64,000 nt of DNA from an uncultured delta proteobacterium (lineage in GTDB: Bacteria; Desulfobacterota; Desulfomonilia; UBA1062). Positions 1 to 10,933 of the stretch are shown here, piece by piece; the first letter of the stretch is position 1, and every line of letters starts with the position of its first letter. The notes under the pieces were generated by a model. The model saw only the letters and a program-made list of their open reading frames with translations, was not told the origin of the DNA and searched no databases. The stretch spans positions 1 to 64,000 of the forward strand of contig CAWCTR010000002.1 of assembly GCA_963798485.1 (NCBI GenBank), given 5' to 3'. The translations under genes were made by a program, and so were the position numbers.

Positions 1-2375
1 CCCGTCGTTCTTCAGCTCCAGACCATCTCCAAGACCTTTATGGATGACGTGCCTCCTGCCGTTGTTGTCCATGTTCATGCCCACCGAGCTCTTGATGATG
101 CCTGTGGCATCGGCATAGCGGTTGTTATAGACCACGAGCGAGCGCTCAACGCCATACCTGTTGGAATAGGCGAATATGTCTTCGTTCACATGTCCGTCCG
201 GCGTGCGCACATCATACATGACAAAGCTTTCCACACCGCTGAAGAGGCGGCGCTTTTTCAGGAGCGGGAAGATCTCGCGTTCATGACGCCTTACAAGGTT
301 CTCATCAATGGATTCTTCCCAATAGGCCCTCTTGTATTCCATGCCGTATTTTTCAGAGAACCCCTCGATCTGCCCATGGCCGAACATGGGCGGGCCCGGC
401 ATGGTTGCCATGAGTGTGGCCACGCCGAAATACTTATCGTCCTTGCCGAAACCGTGGACCGCAGGCTCTTCGTCAGGATTGTTCATGAAGTTGACGAACC
501 TCCTTAAGATCTCGGGGTTGAAGCGCAGCACGTTCTTCATGACATCGCGGTATTTGCTGTTCTCTTCGGTCTTGAGCATGTTCATGAAGGCGCTGTTATA
601 GACACGGTGCATGCCCAGAGACCTGACAAAGTAGCCCTCCATGAGCCAGAAGGCCTCTGCCAGGAGCAGGGTGTTGGCACCTCGGCTGAGCCCGGTCCAC
701 CAACTCCCTCCAGAATTCAACGGGAAAGAGTTTTTCGAACTCATCAGGCGATACCCCGTGGCCGGAGCGTGACGGTATGCCACCGCCATAGCCGGGAGGC
801 GGATACCAGAGACGCTGGAAGTGCCTCTTGGCAAGGGTCAGGCCGCATCGAACCGGATGAAAGGGAACTTCCTGGCAATGGCAATGGTCTGGTCGATGAC
901 CGCCTGGCGCACCTCGTGCTTCAAAAAGTCGAGCTGGGCCGTGTCGTTCCAGGGCATGCTCGTTCCGTCATTGCCATGGTAAAAATACCGGCTTTGACCG
1001 GTGTACCGGTCATGTCGCCGGAATACCACCGCGGCATCGCGCCTGTCCCAGTATCCGTCCTCAATTTGGATCTCCACGCGGTCTTCACCTGAAAGGTTGG
1101 CCCCGGTAACCGATAGCCCGGGAATGGGCTGTGGTCGAGCTGGATGAACCAGTCGGGATGTTCGATGACCCACTTGGAATAGATCCCCATATGGTTGGGC
1201 ACCATATCGGTGGCCATCCTTATGCCGTAACGCATGGCACGGCCTTTAAGGTTTTCGAAGGCCTCATCGCCGCCAAGTTCGGATGCAATGGAGTAATCAA
1301 AGATGGAATACGCCGAGGCGGCGGCCTCGGGGTTGCCGGTCATCTGCTTGATGGTGCGCGATGAAGGGCTCCGCTCCCATATTCCGATAAGCCATAGCCC
1401 GGTGAATCCCCATCTTGCGAGTATCTCCAGTTCCTCGTCAGGGATCTGATCGAGCCGCCAGATGTGCCTTTGATATTTGAGGCAGAGCTGGTGCAGCCAC
1501 ACATATACGCTCTTGGCCATAAGCACCAGGCTTGCCATCCAGTCAAGGTCCGCGCTGAACCGTTCAAGGTCTTCCAGGTCCTTCAGGGTGAAGAAAGGGA
1601 CAGGTGCGGTTCCCGGGCCAAGGAAGCGGGCCTTGGTCTCTTCCTTGATGAGGTCGAGACTGCGCAGGAGCTTGATGTAGAGCTCTGCCAAAAGAGATCC
1701 CCAGTGGAGCCTGATGTATTCGAGCTGGTCATAGAGAGAATGGGGTGCAGCCCTCAGCGGCGCCATCAGAAGATCGAGCAGGGTCTGTCCCATAGCCCCT
1801 AACGGCGGCTGTGTCCTGAAAAATTCATCGAGGCAGGAGATGATCTGGATATAAGGCGTTTCCTCTCTCAACTGTGAGTCGTCAAAGAGCTCCTTATAGG
1901 GCACCAGTGCAGGATTCTCATTGGAGATGAAGAGCATGAGCATCTCTTCCATGGCAATGAGCTTGTTTGAGACCCCTAACGTGTCGGATTGGAGATATTC
2001 CTTGACCGACAGTTTGCCCAGGTAAACATCCCTCGGTGGAAACTGTTCCAGGAAGAGCTCTAGGGTGTTATCCACCGCAGCGAGCTTGGAGGCTGCATAT
2101 CCGTAGGCATCCTTCATGATGTTCGGGTTAACCTGTCTGCGGTAAACCTCTATCATAAAGTGCAGCACCTCGTCGATCAAACCCATGGCATTGATATCAG
2201 AGGCGCGCACTGAGCGTTCAGGATGTGCTGCAACATCCCGGATATGGTTCATCTTCTCGGCAAATTCCCTTGCCGCATGCGCAGAGGCAAAGACCACATT
2301 GCCCGAAAAGGAAAACAACGTTTTATCGAACTGATACAGTTCCCGTGCTCTACGGGATATATGAAATTCAAACAT
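1..2375 (-). pseudogene. GH13 alpha-amylase family glycosyl hydrolase, frameshifted, runs off window start
   Basis: Motifs DMVPNH, MPWNDTAQLDF, IRFDAA, LAEAFWLMEGYFVR and FMNNPDE lie in successive frames. Single-base deletions near 1108, 840, 690 and 675 would restore one ORF. May be an assembly artefact. Confidence 0.8.
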
Positions 2376-2527
2376 AGATCCGGTTTCTCACCTTACGTCC
2401 ATCTCAAAAGAGGCTGGTAAAAGGTTTCATCCCCAATGCCATTCCAAATGCCCTTACCAACGGGTTGCAGCAGAATTTATGGTAAGGCTGCTCACCAGTC
2501 AAGATAAAAGCGCGGTATGGGTAAAGA

Positions 2528-5500
2528 TTATGGTGCCACGAATTGTATGATGAAACGTGCTATACCTACGAACATTATCCCTACGACCACAAAGAAATAC
2601 ATCACTTGTGAAACATGCCCCTTTGATACGGAACAGGATATAAAACAGCCCCCGCCTCCTCCACTGCCTCCTGTGCTCAGTGCAGCGGCAGCTTTTACCG
2701 ACACATGCACAGGTATTGTTTGAGGGCTGTTGGTAACATCTGCATCTGCAGAGGTGATGGTAATGTTCTGGTCATACTCCCCTGCAGCCAGGCCGGCGGT
2801 ATTTAAATGAACAGTGATCATGGTATGATCACTAGTCAAAGCCCCGTTTGCAGGTGAAACGGTGATCCAATTTGCATCGGCGGAAATGGAATAATTGAGC
2901 GTTCCGCTCCCCGAATTCCATATATCAAAACTTTGGTCTGCTGCATCAGATCCTTGTGTACATGTCACCGTGAGAGATGCAGGATCAATCGAGAAGGTTG
3001 ATTTTACCGTGCTGACGACGACCGGTTCACTCACAATCAGGCTCACGGGGATAGTCTGGGGGCTGTTTGACGCCCCTGGTGCGCTGATGGTTATAGTTGC
3101 CGGATATGTCCCTGAAACAAGGTCGGAGTTTGCAAAAGTGACAGTTATAACGCTATGCCCGCCAATGGATGTTCCGCTTGATGGTGTACATGACAGCCAC
3201 GAAGCGTCATCATAAATCGTATAATTAAGCGTCCCAGTTCCTGAGTTCCACACATCAAAAGACTGACTCGATGCATTGGATCCTTTCACGCACGTGACTG
3301 TGATGGATGCAGGGGTGTCTGAAATGGTTGGGACCGGTGCAGGGGCGTTCACTGTCAAGCTTACCGGTATAGTTTGTGGGTTATTTGATGCCCCTGAGGC
3401 ATTAATGGTAATGCTTGCCGGGTAACTCCCTGCTGTTAGCCCGGTTGTTGAATAACTGATCGTGATGGTGTTATGCCCGCTGCCACTGCACGTGGTAACG
3501 GATGTTCCGCTTGAGGGGATGCAAGAGAGCCAGGATTGACTGGATGCGATCGTATAACCCAAGGTCCCGCCCCCGGAGTTCCATATATTGAAAGATGTGC
3601 TTGACGGGTTGCTGCCTTGAATGCACGAAGCGGAAATTGTTGCAGGGGCATTATGAGCAATCACAGGACTGGGAGGGGGAGTTATATTTAAGGTCACAGG
3701 GAGAGTCTGTGGGTTATTGGATGCCATGGGATCGGTTATGGTAATAGTAGCTGAATAGTCCCCAGCGGTAAGGCCTGAAGCAGAGTAAAATACTGAGATA
3801 CTCTTTTTGTCATTTGGACCGGTTGAAGTCCCCGATGTTGCACAGGAAACCCATGATTGATCTGAAGATATCGTGTAATTCAGTGTACCGGCACCTGAGT
3901 TCCAGACATTGAATGTTTGGCCGGCTGCGTTACACCCCTGGGAACATGAGTTGGTTAGAGATAAAGGAGAAAATGATATGGTGGGAGTGAGGACCGTAAG
4001 ATTCACCGGGATAGTCTGAGGGCTGTTCGATGATCCTGCTGCGGTTATCGTGATAGTCGCCGAATAGTTCCCAGGAGGTAAGCCGGAGGTTATATAATTT
4101 ACGGTAATAGTCTGCTGATTTAATGGGCCTGATGAAGTGCCGCTTGCCGTGTCGCAGGATACCCAAGCCTGACCTGTTGTTATGGTGGTTGTAATTGTAT
4201 AATTGAGGGTTCCCGCCCCTGAGTTCCAGACTTGGAACGTTTGGGCAGGGGCATTATTTCCCACTACGCATGAATTAGTAAGAGAGGTTGGAGAAACTGC
4301 AATCGTAGGTGGAAGGACCGTAAGACTCACCGGGATAGTCTGAGGGCTGTTCGATGAACCTGGAGCGTTTATCGTGATAGTCGCCGAGTAGCTCCCTGGA
4401 GGCAAGCTGGAGGTTGAATAATTTACTGCAATAGCTTTCCTATCTGATGCACCTGATGAAATTCCGCTTGTAGTGTAGCAGGATACCCAATCCTGACCTG
4501 TTGTTATGGTGGTTGAAATCGTGTAATTCAGAGTCCCTGCCCCTGAGTTCCAGACTTGGAACGATTGGGCTGAGGCATTAGTCCCTGCCGGGCATGAATT
4601 AGTAAGAGAGGTTGGAGAGATCGCAATTGTAGGCGTAGGTGAAAGCACCGTGAGACTCACCGGGATAGTCTGAGGGCTATTCTGTGAGCCTTGTGCGGTT
4701 ATCGTGATATTGGCCGAGTAGTTCCCTGGGGCTAAGCTGGAGGTTGCATAATTTACTGTGATAGTATTCGTACTTGATGCACCTGATAATGTGCCGCTTG
4801 TTGTGTTGCAGGTTAACCACGCCTGATCTGTTGTAATTGTGTAATTGAGGGTCCCCGTGCCTGAGTTTGAGACTTGGAACGTTTGGGATGGGGCGATATT
4901 CCCTGTTACGCATGAATCAGCAAGAGAGGTTGGAGAGGAAGACAATATTTGTGGGATCGCGTAAGCAATATTCAGTGTCCAAAATTCGAAGCTATAATAT
5001 CCCGTTTGCCTGCCTATGCTATACTGACAATTATAACTCATGTTCATATCAAGGTGGAATATCCCGTTCGGTCTTCCTGAGGTTACACCCCAGCTGTTCA
5101 CTATGATCCAATAGGAGTTGTTGGGATCTTCATCATTGTAACCGACACAGAGCACCGCATGGCCCCAGCCAGTGGTATATCTGTGACCACAGGAGAAATC
5201 GGGATTCCAAATTATGTCTTCTGTTTGGTTTTCCCAGAAGGTATCAAAGTTAGTTCCATCTGCCGCTGTAGGCATGATAAAACCAAAATAAACAGCCTGA
5301 TTCTGATTGAGTATGCTCTTAATATTTGCAATGGCCGTAGCCTGAGAGACTGTTTGGGTCGGTATTGTTACAGCTGTTATCGATGAAATGGGATAATCAG
5401 GATTGGTACTGATAGATGCGCCTAGAGGACCACATGTGTCATTTCCAGACTGCCAGTTTGCATTTGTATTAGACCAGGGAATGGCCTGCTGATATCCGGG

Positions 5501-5950
5501 AGTAGAATAGAAATCGACCAGATAGGAAAGGTCGCCGCCTGCGCAACATGTTAACCCGGGTACCACCGTTGCATTTGAATTAAAATATTGGACAGAGAGG
5601 CTGTCGTATGTATTATCATTTACATCGAGGGCAATGGCCATTACCCCAGTCCCCGCCCACATCCAGCAGTCTCCGCACGAACCCTGGTCATATTCGGAAG
5701 GGATATAATCAAGATGGTTCAATAAACTCAATGATCCCGTAGATCCTGCGTTATACAGCACATTCTTTTTTATCTGTGCTTGTGGGGCGTCTTTATATCT
5801 CTGTTGCCAATTGATCAGGGTTTCACTGTCAGGCCGCATAACACCATGCGGCCTTCTGAGATCATCTGCTTGAGCAGCTTGAAAAATACCTGCCAAGAAT
5901 ATAAGGAACAGTATCGTAATATTGGCAAATGATTTCTTATAAGTAATCAT
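2528..5950 (-). CDS. Secreted papain-family (C1) cysteine peptidase with 7 BACON/Ig-like repeats and a GGGGGCFI-TM C-terminal sorting signal
   Basis: Signal peptide from MITYKK; catalytic motifs QGSCGDCW, GHAVLCVGY and VNSWG; seven ~105-110 aa repeats containing NSGxGTLxYxI; C-terminal GGGGGCFI plus hydrophobic helix. Confidence 0.85.
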   Translation of the reverse strand: MITYKKSFANITILFLIFLAGIFQAAQADDLRRPHGVMRPDSETLINWQQRYKDAPQAQIKKNVLYNAGSTGSLSLLNHLDYIPSEYDQGSCGDCWMWAGTGVMAIALDVNDNTYDSLSVQYFNSNATVVPGLTCCAGGDLSYLVDFYSTPGYQQAIPWSNTNANWQSGNDTCGPLGASISTNPDYPISSITAVTIPTQTVSQATAIANIKSILNQNQAVYFGFIMPTAADGTNFDTFWENQTEDIIWNPDFSCGHRYTTGWGHAVLCVGYNDEDPNNSYWIIVNSWGVTSGRPNGIFHLDMNMSYNCQYSIGRQTGYYSFEFWTLNIAYAIPQILSSSPTSLADSCVTGNIAPSQTFQVSNSGTGTLNYTITTDQAWLTCNTTSGTLSGASSTNTITVNYATSSLAPGNYSANITITAQGSQNSPQTIPVSLTVLSPTPTIAISPTSLTNSCPAGTNASAQSFQVWNSGAGTLNYTISTTITTGQDWVSCYTTSGISSGASDRKAIAVNYSTSSLPPGSYSATITINAPGSSNSPQTIPVSLTVLPPTIAVSPTSLTNSCVVGNNAPAQTFQVWNSGAGTLNYTITTTITTGQAWVSCDTASGTSSGPLNQQTITVNYITSGLPPGNYSATITITAAGSSNSPQTIPVNLTVLTPTISFSPLSLTNSCSQGCNAAGQTFNVWNSGAGTLNYTISSDQSWVSCATSGTSTGPNDKKSISVFYSASGLTAGDYSATITITDPMASNNPQTLPVTLNITPPPSPVIAHNAPATISASCIQGSNPSSTSFNIWNSGGGTLGYTIASSQSWLSCIPSSGTSVTTCSGSGHNTITISYSTTGLTAGSYPASITINASGASNNPQTIPVSLTVNAPAPVPTISDTPASITVTCVKGSNASSQSFDVWNSGTGTLNYTIYDDASWLSCTPSSGTSIGGHSVITVTFANSDLVSGTYPATITISAPGASNSPQTIPVSLIVSEPVVVSTVKSTFSIDPASLTVTCTQGSDAADQSFDIWNSGSGTLNYSISADANWITVSPANGALTSDHTMITVHLNTAGLAAGEYDQNITITSADADVTNSPQTIPVHVSVKAAAALSTGGSGGGGGCFISCSVSKGHVSQVMYFFVVVGIMFVGIARFIIQFVAP
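2690..4950 (-). repeat. Intragenic tandem repeat region, 7 units of ~320-330 bp
   Basis: Near-identical DNA such as caccgggatagtctgagggct recurs at ~4005, ~4328 and ~4658. Confidence 0.85.
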
Positions 5951-5979
5951 GTTGTTGTACCTATACTGTTTCCTGATTT

Positions 5980-6483
5980 TCACTTCAATGCCGGAAACTT
6001 GAAGATCATGGGGGTGCATGCACCTTTCGTGATAACCTTTAGGACACAATCAAGTTTCTTACCCGGTGTAATGTCATTCTTTCGAATGAACTCGGGGTCA
6101 GGATAAGACGAATCGGGAAGAAGGAGAACAAAATATCGAGACTCCACGTGAACAAAGGTCTCTTGAATCTTATTCTCCGGATAAAATGAATATTTTACTT
6201 CATATGACCCATCAGGCTTCTTTATGCTTGTTGAAGCACTGCCAAACTCTATCTTCTGAACAGATATTACCTCGGCCTTGCCTTTGTAGTCTTTGTACTC
6301 ACAAGGGCCGCCAACCTTTGCAGATGAGTCCTTTTGGATATTTATGTCAGAGGAATGTACTTGACAGCCGAATCCTAAGGTCAGCAGGAAAACAGTATAA
6401 AGGGCTACGAGCTGTTTATGAGGAAAAGTACTAAGACAATATTCGTTTGTGATTGGCTTTATCATTGTACTATATGTCGGCAT
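5980..6483 (-). CDS. Hypothetical exported protein or lipoprotein
   Basis: Hydrophobic stretch ending LGFGC; Cys motifs VGGPCEY and GACTP; start uncertain. Confidence 0.6.
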   Translation of the reverse strand: MPTYSTMIKPITNEYCLSTFPHKQLVALYTVFLLTLGFGCQVHSSDINIQKDSSAKVGGPCEYKDYKGKAEVISVQKIEFGSASTSIKKPDGSYEVKYSFYPENKIQETFVHVESRYFVLLLPDSSYPDPEFIRKNDITPGKKLDCVLKVITKGACTPMIFKFPALK

Positions 6484-6513
6484 AAGACTGCTTCATTATA
6501 ATGAATGAATCAA

Positions 6514-7365
6514 TTATCCGAAAGACTTCAATATCTTTTCTATGACCCGTTGGAAAGCCATGCCTGCAACACAGCTCATGTTATAGAGCATGAATGGTCT
6601 GCCGTTGTCGGTGTCCCGCACAACAGCAGGGTCAATAGGTATGGCACCGAGGAAAGGCACATTGAGCTCGTGGGCGGCACGTTCACCACCTCCTGCCTTG
6701 AACAGATCGATGGCATGCCCGCAGTGGGGGCAGGAAAAGGTGCTCATATTCTCGATAATGCCAAGCATGCTCAGGTTTAATGCCTTTGCGAACTCAACGC
6801 TCTTTCGTGAGTCCAGCAGGGCGACATCCTGGGGTGTCGTGACGATGACGGCATGGGGTGAGCGATCGGTCTGTGCCTGCCTTATGATCTGCGCAATAGA
6901 AAGCGGCTCGTCCCCTGTGCCGGGAGGGAGGTCGACGATGAGGAAATCGAGCTCACCCCATTTTACATCATTGATAAAATGCCTCATCACCGAATGTTTC
7001 ATGGGGCCGCGCCATATAATGGGCTGGTCCTTATTTTCCAGAAGGTTCCCTACGGAGACTACCTTAAGGTTTTTATAAACATCCACAGGGATCATATTCC
7101 CTTCTTCATCCCCCTTTATGGAGCAGTCCTCAATACCAAGGATCTTCGGGATATTGGGGCCATGGATGTCGCCGTCAAGGACGCCTACGGCATATCCCTG
7201 TTGCACCAGGCCTGCCGCCAGGTTTGCAGCCACAGTGGATTTGCCCACACCGCCCTTGCCGCTCATGACCATAATGGTGTGTCTGATGAGCCCTAGCCTC
7301 TCTTTGACCTTCTCTTTTCCTTCATCTTTTTTCTTGGCCCACGGTTTGTCTTTTATCTGAATCAT
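6514..7365 (-). CDS. Mrp/NBP35 (ApbC) family Fe-S cluster carrier ATPase
   Basis: SGKGGVGKST, DLPPGTGD, ENMS and CPHC motifs. Confidence 0.93.
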   Translation of the reverse strand: MIQIKDKPWAKKKDEGKEKVKERLGLIRHTIMVMSGKGGVGKSTVAANLAAGLVQQGYAVGVLDGDIHGPNIPKILGIEDCSIKGDEEGNMIPVDVYKNLKVVSVGNLLENKDQPIIWRGPMKHSVMRHFINDVKWGELDFLIVDLPPGTGDEPLSIAQIIRQAQTDRSPHAVIVTTPQDVALLDSRKSVEFAKALNLSMLGIIENMSTFSCPHCGHAIDLFKAGGGERAAHELNVPFLGAIPIDPAVVRDTDNGRPFMLYNMSCVAGMAFQRVIEKILKSFG

Positions 7366-7456
7366 ATGCTGCCCCGATTGCCTAAGATAGTATGATTGTA
7401 ACACTATGCTGCCTAACACAGATTCGATGTTACCTCAAGGACGTCAGGCATATTTA

Positions 7457-9022
7457 CTATTTGATAAGCGATATCACCTTGGTCTCGGGCCTGATCCTGC
7501 CCATAGAGGCATAGGCATAGTCCCGTACATACCATGAGGGATCTTCGCTTACAGCCTTGTCCAGGAGGTTTAATGCCTTATCCGACTGTATCTTGCCAAG
7601 CGCCCGGCATGCCTTGGTACGTACATTCATTTTGGGATCTTTCAATCGAGCCTCAATGGCGCTCAGAAGGGCCATGTCCATACGATCCCCGGCCTCAATC
7701 ACGGCATTTACCCGTACACGGGCGCTTGGGTCCTGCATCAACCTCACAAGGTCTTGCTTAGACAAGGCCCCCGGATAAGTGGCCACAACCGCATAGCGCA
7801 TCCTCTCCACAGGTGAGGCGGCATAGTCTGATATCTTTTCCGGATGAGACTTGAGCCGGGCCAGGAGATATGCCCCGTGGAACAGGGGCATAAAGACCGA
7901 CAGATAGGCAATAACAATTATGAACACAATTAACCTGCTCCGGGTAAAAATCATCTCCAGTGCAAGGGCAAACCATGACAAGATGAGGGCAGTAATGACG
8001 ATCAACGGTCCGGAAAAAAAGAAGAAGCCAATACCACCGCGCATCTGTTTATTGGGATCTATGCCCTTGCTCAGCTCGTCGATGATCCTGTTATTATCAT
8101 TCGCACTCAAGCTGTCATCCGGGAGCCTTACAGACCTGCAGTTCAAAGGCTGCCTGCTCACCGCAAAGGTTGCACCTTCAACCGAGCAAGGACTTTTTGA
8201 TCGAATCCAGAGGGTCCCGTGGGGTGTGTAACCCAGAGATTTTATATCATCAGAAAACGCAATCACGTTCTGGGACCTGGCGGAAATGGGTTTGATCACA
8301 TCAGCAGACAAGAGGGTATGATCATAATAGACGTCACTCAAGGCCTCGGTAACCCTCATGGAGAGCATGGAATCACGTATCGACATGAATGATGAGCCGG
8401 TTCCGATAATGATCGCCAGGGGGGCAATGATGATACCACAGAAGATAGCCCATCTTTTTATATTTATATTGATGCTTTTGTGTCCTGCTTTCCTAACCAT
8501 AAACAGCCATACAAGAGTGAAGACTAAGGGGCTCAGGAGCCCGAAACAGACGGATACCCAGGGCATGTCTTTGCTGAAGGTGAAAAATGTGCATACAAGG
8601 ACTGCCCCGGCAAAGGCAAAGAGGTCCCGGCGTACAAAACGGCCTGAAACCCATGCCGGTAAGGTGAGAGCCATGCACACAAGGGCATTCAGGACACCGA
8701 GGGTCATTCCGAAAAAAAGGGCACTGGCAAGCTGATGGCCCGGCGCTATCAGATGGACATCATCCGGATTGATGAGAACCGTCATACCGAAACGGGCCAA
8801 GAGGGCCGTCTCGGCTGTTATCCGAAGGGCATGCTCCCTGACAAAGACATATCCGAAAGCGGTATACAGCACAATACAGGCAACACTTCCCCAGAAAGAT
8901 GCCCTGTACCATCCGTTAATATCTCTATGCGCCCCGGCAGGACGTAACCACACTGACAGATTGGGGAATATACCCGTTTTCCGGCGGATAGAGGGCTCAG
9001 GACTTTCCAAGAGCTCCTCCAT
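7457..9022 (-). CDS. Polytopic membrane protein with C-terminal HEAT repeats
   Basis: Multiple hydrophobic helices; HEAT-like repeats DPSARVRVNA, DPKMNVRTKA, DPSWYVRDYA. Confidence 0.75.
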   Translation of the reverse strand: MEELLESPEPSIRRKTGIFPNLSVWLRPAGAHRDINGWYRASFWGSVACIVLYTAFGYVFVREHALRITAETALLARFGMTVLINPDDVHLIAPGHQLASALFFGMTLGVLNALVCMALTLPAWVSGRFVRRDLFAFAGAVLVCTFFTFSKDMPWVSVCFGLLSPLVFTLVWLFMVRKAGHKSININIKRWAIFCGIIIAPLAIIIGTGSSFMSIRDSMLSMRVTEALSDVYYDHTLLSADVIKPISARSQNVIAFSDDIKSLGYTPHGTLWIRSKSPCSVEGATFAVSRQPLNCRSVRLPDDSLSANDNNRIIDELSKGIDPNKQMRGGIGFFFFSGPLIVITALILSWFALALEMIFTRSRLIVFIIVIAYLSVFMPLFHGAYLLARLKSHPEKISDYAASPVERMRYAVVATYPGALSKQDLVRLMQDPSARVRVNAVIEAGDRMDMALLSAIEARLKDPKMNVRTKACRALGKIQSDKALNLLDKAVSEDPSWYVRDYAYASMGRIRPETKVISLIK

Positions 9023-9042
9023 CGCCGAAGTCCACTGTATGA

Positions 9043-9540
9043 TCAGCCTATTGACGGGACCTTATTCTTATACGCATTCAAGAGGCCTGCTATCTCCTCA
9101 TTGGACTTGACGCTCTTCCTTCCTCTCACCGCCTCAACATCTGACCTTGCCGTCCAGATATTCTTAAAACTCTTTGCCTGCTTTGTGAACAGGATAAAGT
9201 TGGCAACGGCATCATCGCAGACATGGGTGAACCTGCGGTTGTCAAAAGACGCGATGTCTCTGAGCCTTTCCACCAGGTTCTTGTCCAAACGCATGACATA
9301 GCGTATCCGCTTCTCGGATGTATCGTTCCTTGGGCCTACATATCTTCTCTTTTGGCGCAAAGGTACTTTCCCATCCAACTCACTTTCTTTTTTGAAGATA
9401 TAAGCATCAAGGGCAGCGCCTACAAAATCGACCATAGCGATGTTCAGCATCCGGGAGATGACCCTGAGCTCACTCAAGTTGTTTGGCTTAAAGTACATCA
9501 TAAACCGTGAAGAAACCTTTTCCTCTTTTGCGCGCATCAT
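9043..9540 (-). CDS. Hypothetical protein, possibly tandem ribbon-helix-helix DNA-binding protein
   Basis: Basic 165 aa ORF with RBS (gaggaggtg); two beta-helix-helix-like segments. Confidence 0.55.
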   Translation of the reverse strand: MMRAKEEKVSSRFMMYFKPNNLSELRVISRMLNIAMVDFVGAALDAYIFKKESELDGKVPLRQKRRYVGPRNDTSEKRIRYVMRLDKNLVERLRDIASFDNRRFTHVCDDAVANFILFTKQAKSFKNIWTARSDVEAVRGRKSVKSNEEIAGLLNAYKNKVPSIG

Positions 9541-9646
9541 AGATGCACCTCCTCGTTCTTTCCAATCAAGATATCTTCGTATAAATCATTACCAGGCTCA
9601 ACGCCTGTCTTATACCTATAAAATAATATGCCTTTACGTATAACCA

Positions 9647-10204
9647 TCATACTTCCATAATCTCTTTTTCTTTTATTGCAAGCTGTTCATCAATGAGTTT
9701 GATGCAGTTGTCGGTGAGGTCCTGCACCTTGTCCTGGGCAACCTTGAGCTCGTCTTTGTTGATCTCTTTTTCCTTCTCAAGGTCTTTTAAAAGGGTATTG
9801 GCATCACGACGATGGTTGCGGGCCTCTACACGAAATTCTTCGGCTGTTTTCTTTATCATTTTTACAAGATCCCTTCGCCTCTCTTCGTTCAGAGGGGGGA
9901 TGGGGACACGGATGATTCTCCCGTCGTTGTTGGGGGTAAGACCAAGTTCGGATTTCATTATTGCCTTCTCGATAGGTGCCAAGGCGCCTTTGTCCCAGGG
10001 CTGTATGGTGATGAGACGCGCCTCCGGTACAGCCATGGTTGCGAGTTGATTCATGGGGGTGGGTGTGCCGTAGTAATCCACCATAATGCCGTCTAAGATG
10101 CCGATGGATGCCCGGCCTGTGCGAACCTTTTGAAGTGAACCCTTCATGGAATCTACGGTCTTGTTCATGCCGTGCTTCATGTCATTGAGGATCTCATCAA
10201 CCAT
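9647..10204 (-). CDS. frr: Ribosome recycling factor
   Basis: RTGRAS, YYGTPTP and IPPLNEERR motifs; conserved gene order. Confidence 0.98.
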   Translation of the reverse strand: MVDEILNDMKHGMNKTVDSMKGSLQKVRTGRASIGILDGIMVDYYGTPTPMNQLATMAVPEARLITIQPWDKGALAPIEKAIMKSELGLTPNNDGRIIRVPIPPLNEERRRDLVKMIKKTAEEFRVEARNHRRDANTLLKDLEKEKEINKDELKVAQDKVQDLTDNCIKLIDEQLAIKEKEIMEV

Positions 10205-10920
10205 TAATTATCCCTCCTCGCTCTGACGACTGATCCGATCTCCTCTCCTTTCAGGAGTCTTGACAAGCTTTCATGCTCAAAAATATTGATTACCCTCACT
10301 TCAAGCCCGTTTTCACGGCACAGGGAAATCGCAGATGCATCCATGACGCCAAGGTTCATCTTAAGGACCATATCAAAGTCCAGCTCTTTGAAAAACCGGG
10401 CATCTTTATGTTTCATGGGGTCTTTATCATAAATGCCGTTTACCTTCGTGGCCTTTATGAGTACATCAGCCCTGATCTCAAGTGCCCTCAATGCCGCCGT
10501 GGTATCGGTAGTGAAAAATGGACTGCCGGTTCCACCTGCAAAGATTACAACCCTTCCCTTCTCAAGATGACGGATCGCCCTCTCGCTTACAACGGGTTCA
10601 GCCATGGAGGGTATGTGGATAGCGCTCATGATCCTGCACTGGCAACCCTGGGCAATAAGTGCGCTCTTTAAGGCCAGGGCGTTGATCACGGTAGCAAGCA
10701 TGCCCATGTGATCGGCGCTGACCCGGTCGATCACGGATGTGGCGCTTATCCCCCTGAACATGTTTCCCCCGCCGATAACAAGGCCGACTTGTGCCCCGGC
10801 ATCAATAGCTGCGTTCACCAATGCAACAAAGCCTTTTAATGTCGCATCATCAATGCCGAAACCCTTGCCTCCGGCGAGTGCCTCTCCGCTAACCTTGAGC
10901 AGTATTCGTTTATAATGCAA
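10204..10920 (-). CDS. pyrH: Uridylate kinase
   Basis: LLKVSGEAL, GGGNMFRG, FFTTDT; start placed at TTG 10920 after GAGAGG (ORF extends to 10947). Confidence 0.97.
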   Translation of the reverse strand: MHYKRILLKVSGEALAGGKGFGIDDATLKGFVALVNAAIDAGAQVGLVIGGGNMFRGISATSVIDRVSADHMGMLATVINALALKSALIAQGCQCRIMSAIHIPSMAEPVVSERAIRHLEKGRVVIFAGGTGSPFFTTDTTAALRALEIRADVLIKATKVNGIYDKDPMKHKDARFFKELDFDMVLKMNLGVMDASAISLCRENGLEVRVINIFEHESLSRLLKGEEIGSVVRARRDN

Positions 10921-10933
10921 GGGGACCCTCTCG

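Noticed and set aside
2690-4950. Long repeats as a diversity-generating retroelement template/variable pair
   Set aside because: Repeats are in-frame protein domains, differences did not appear adenine-specific by eye, and no RT is present.
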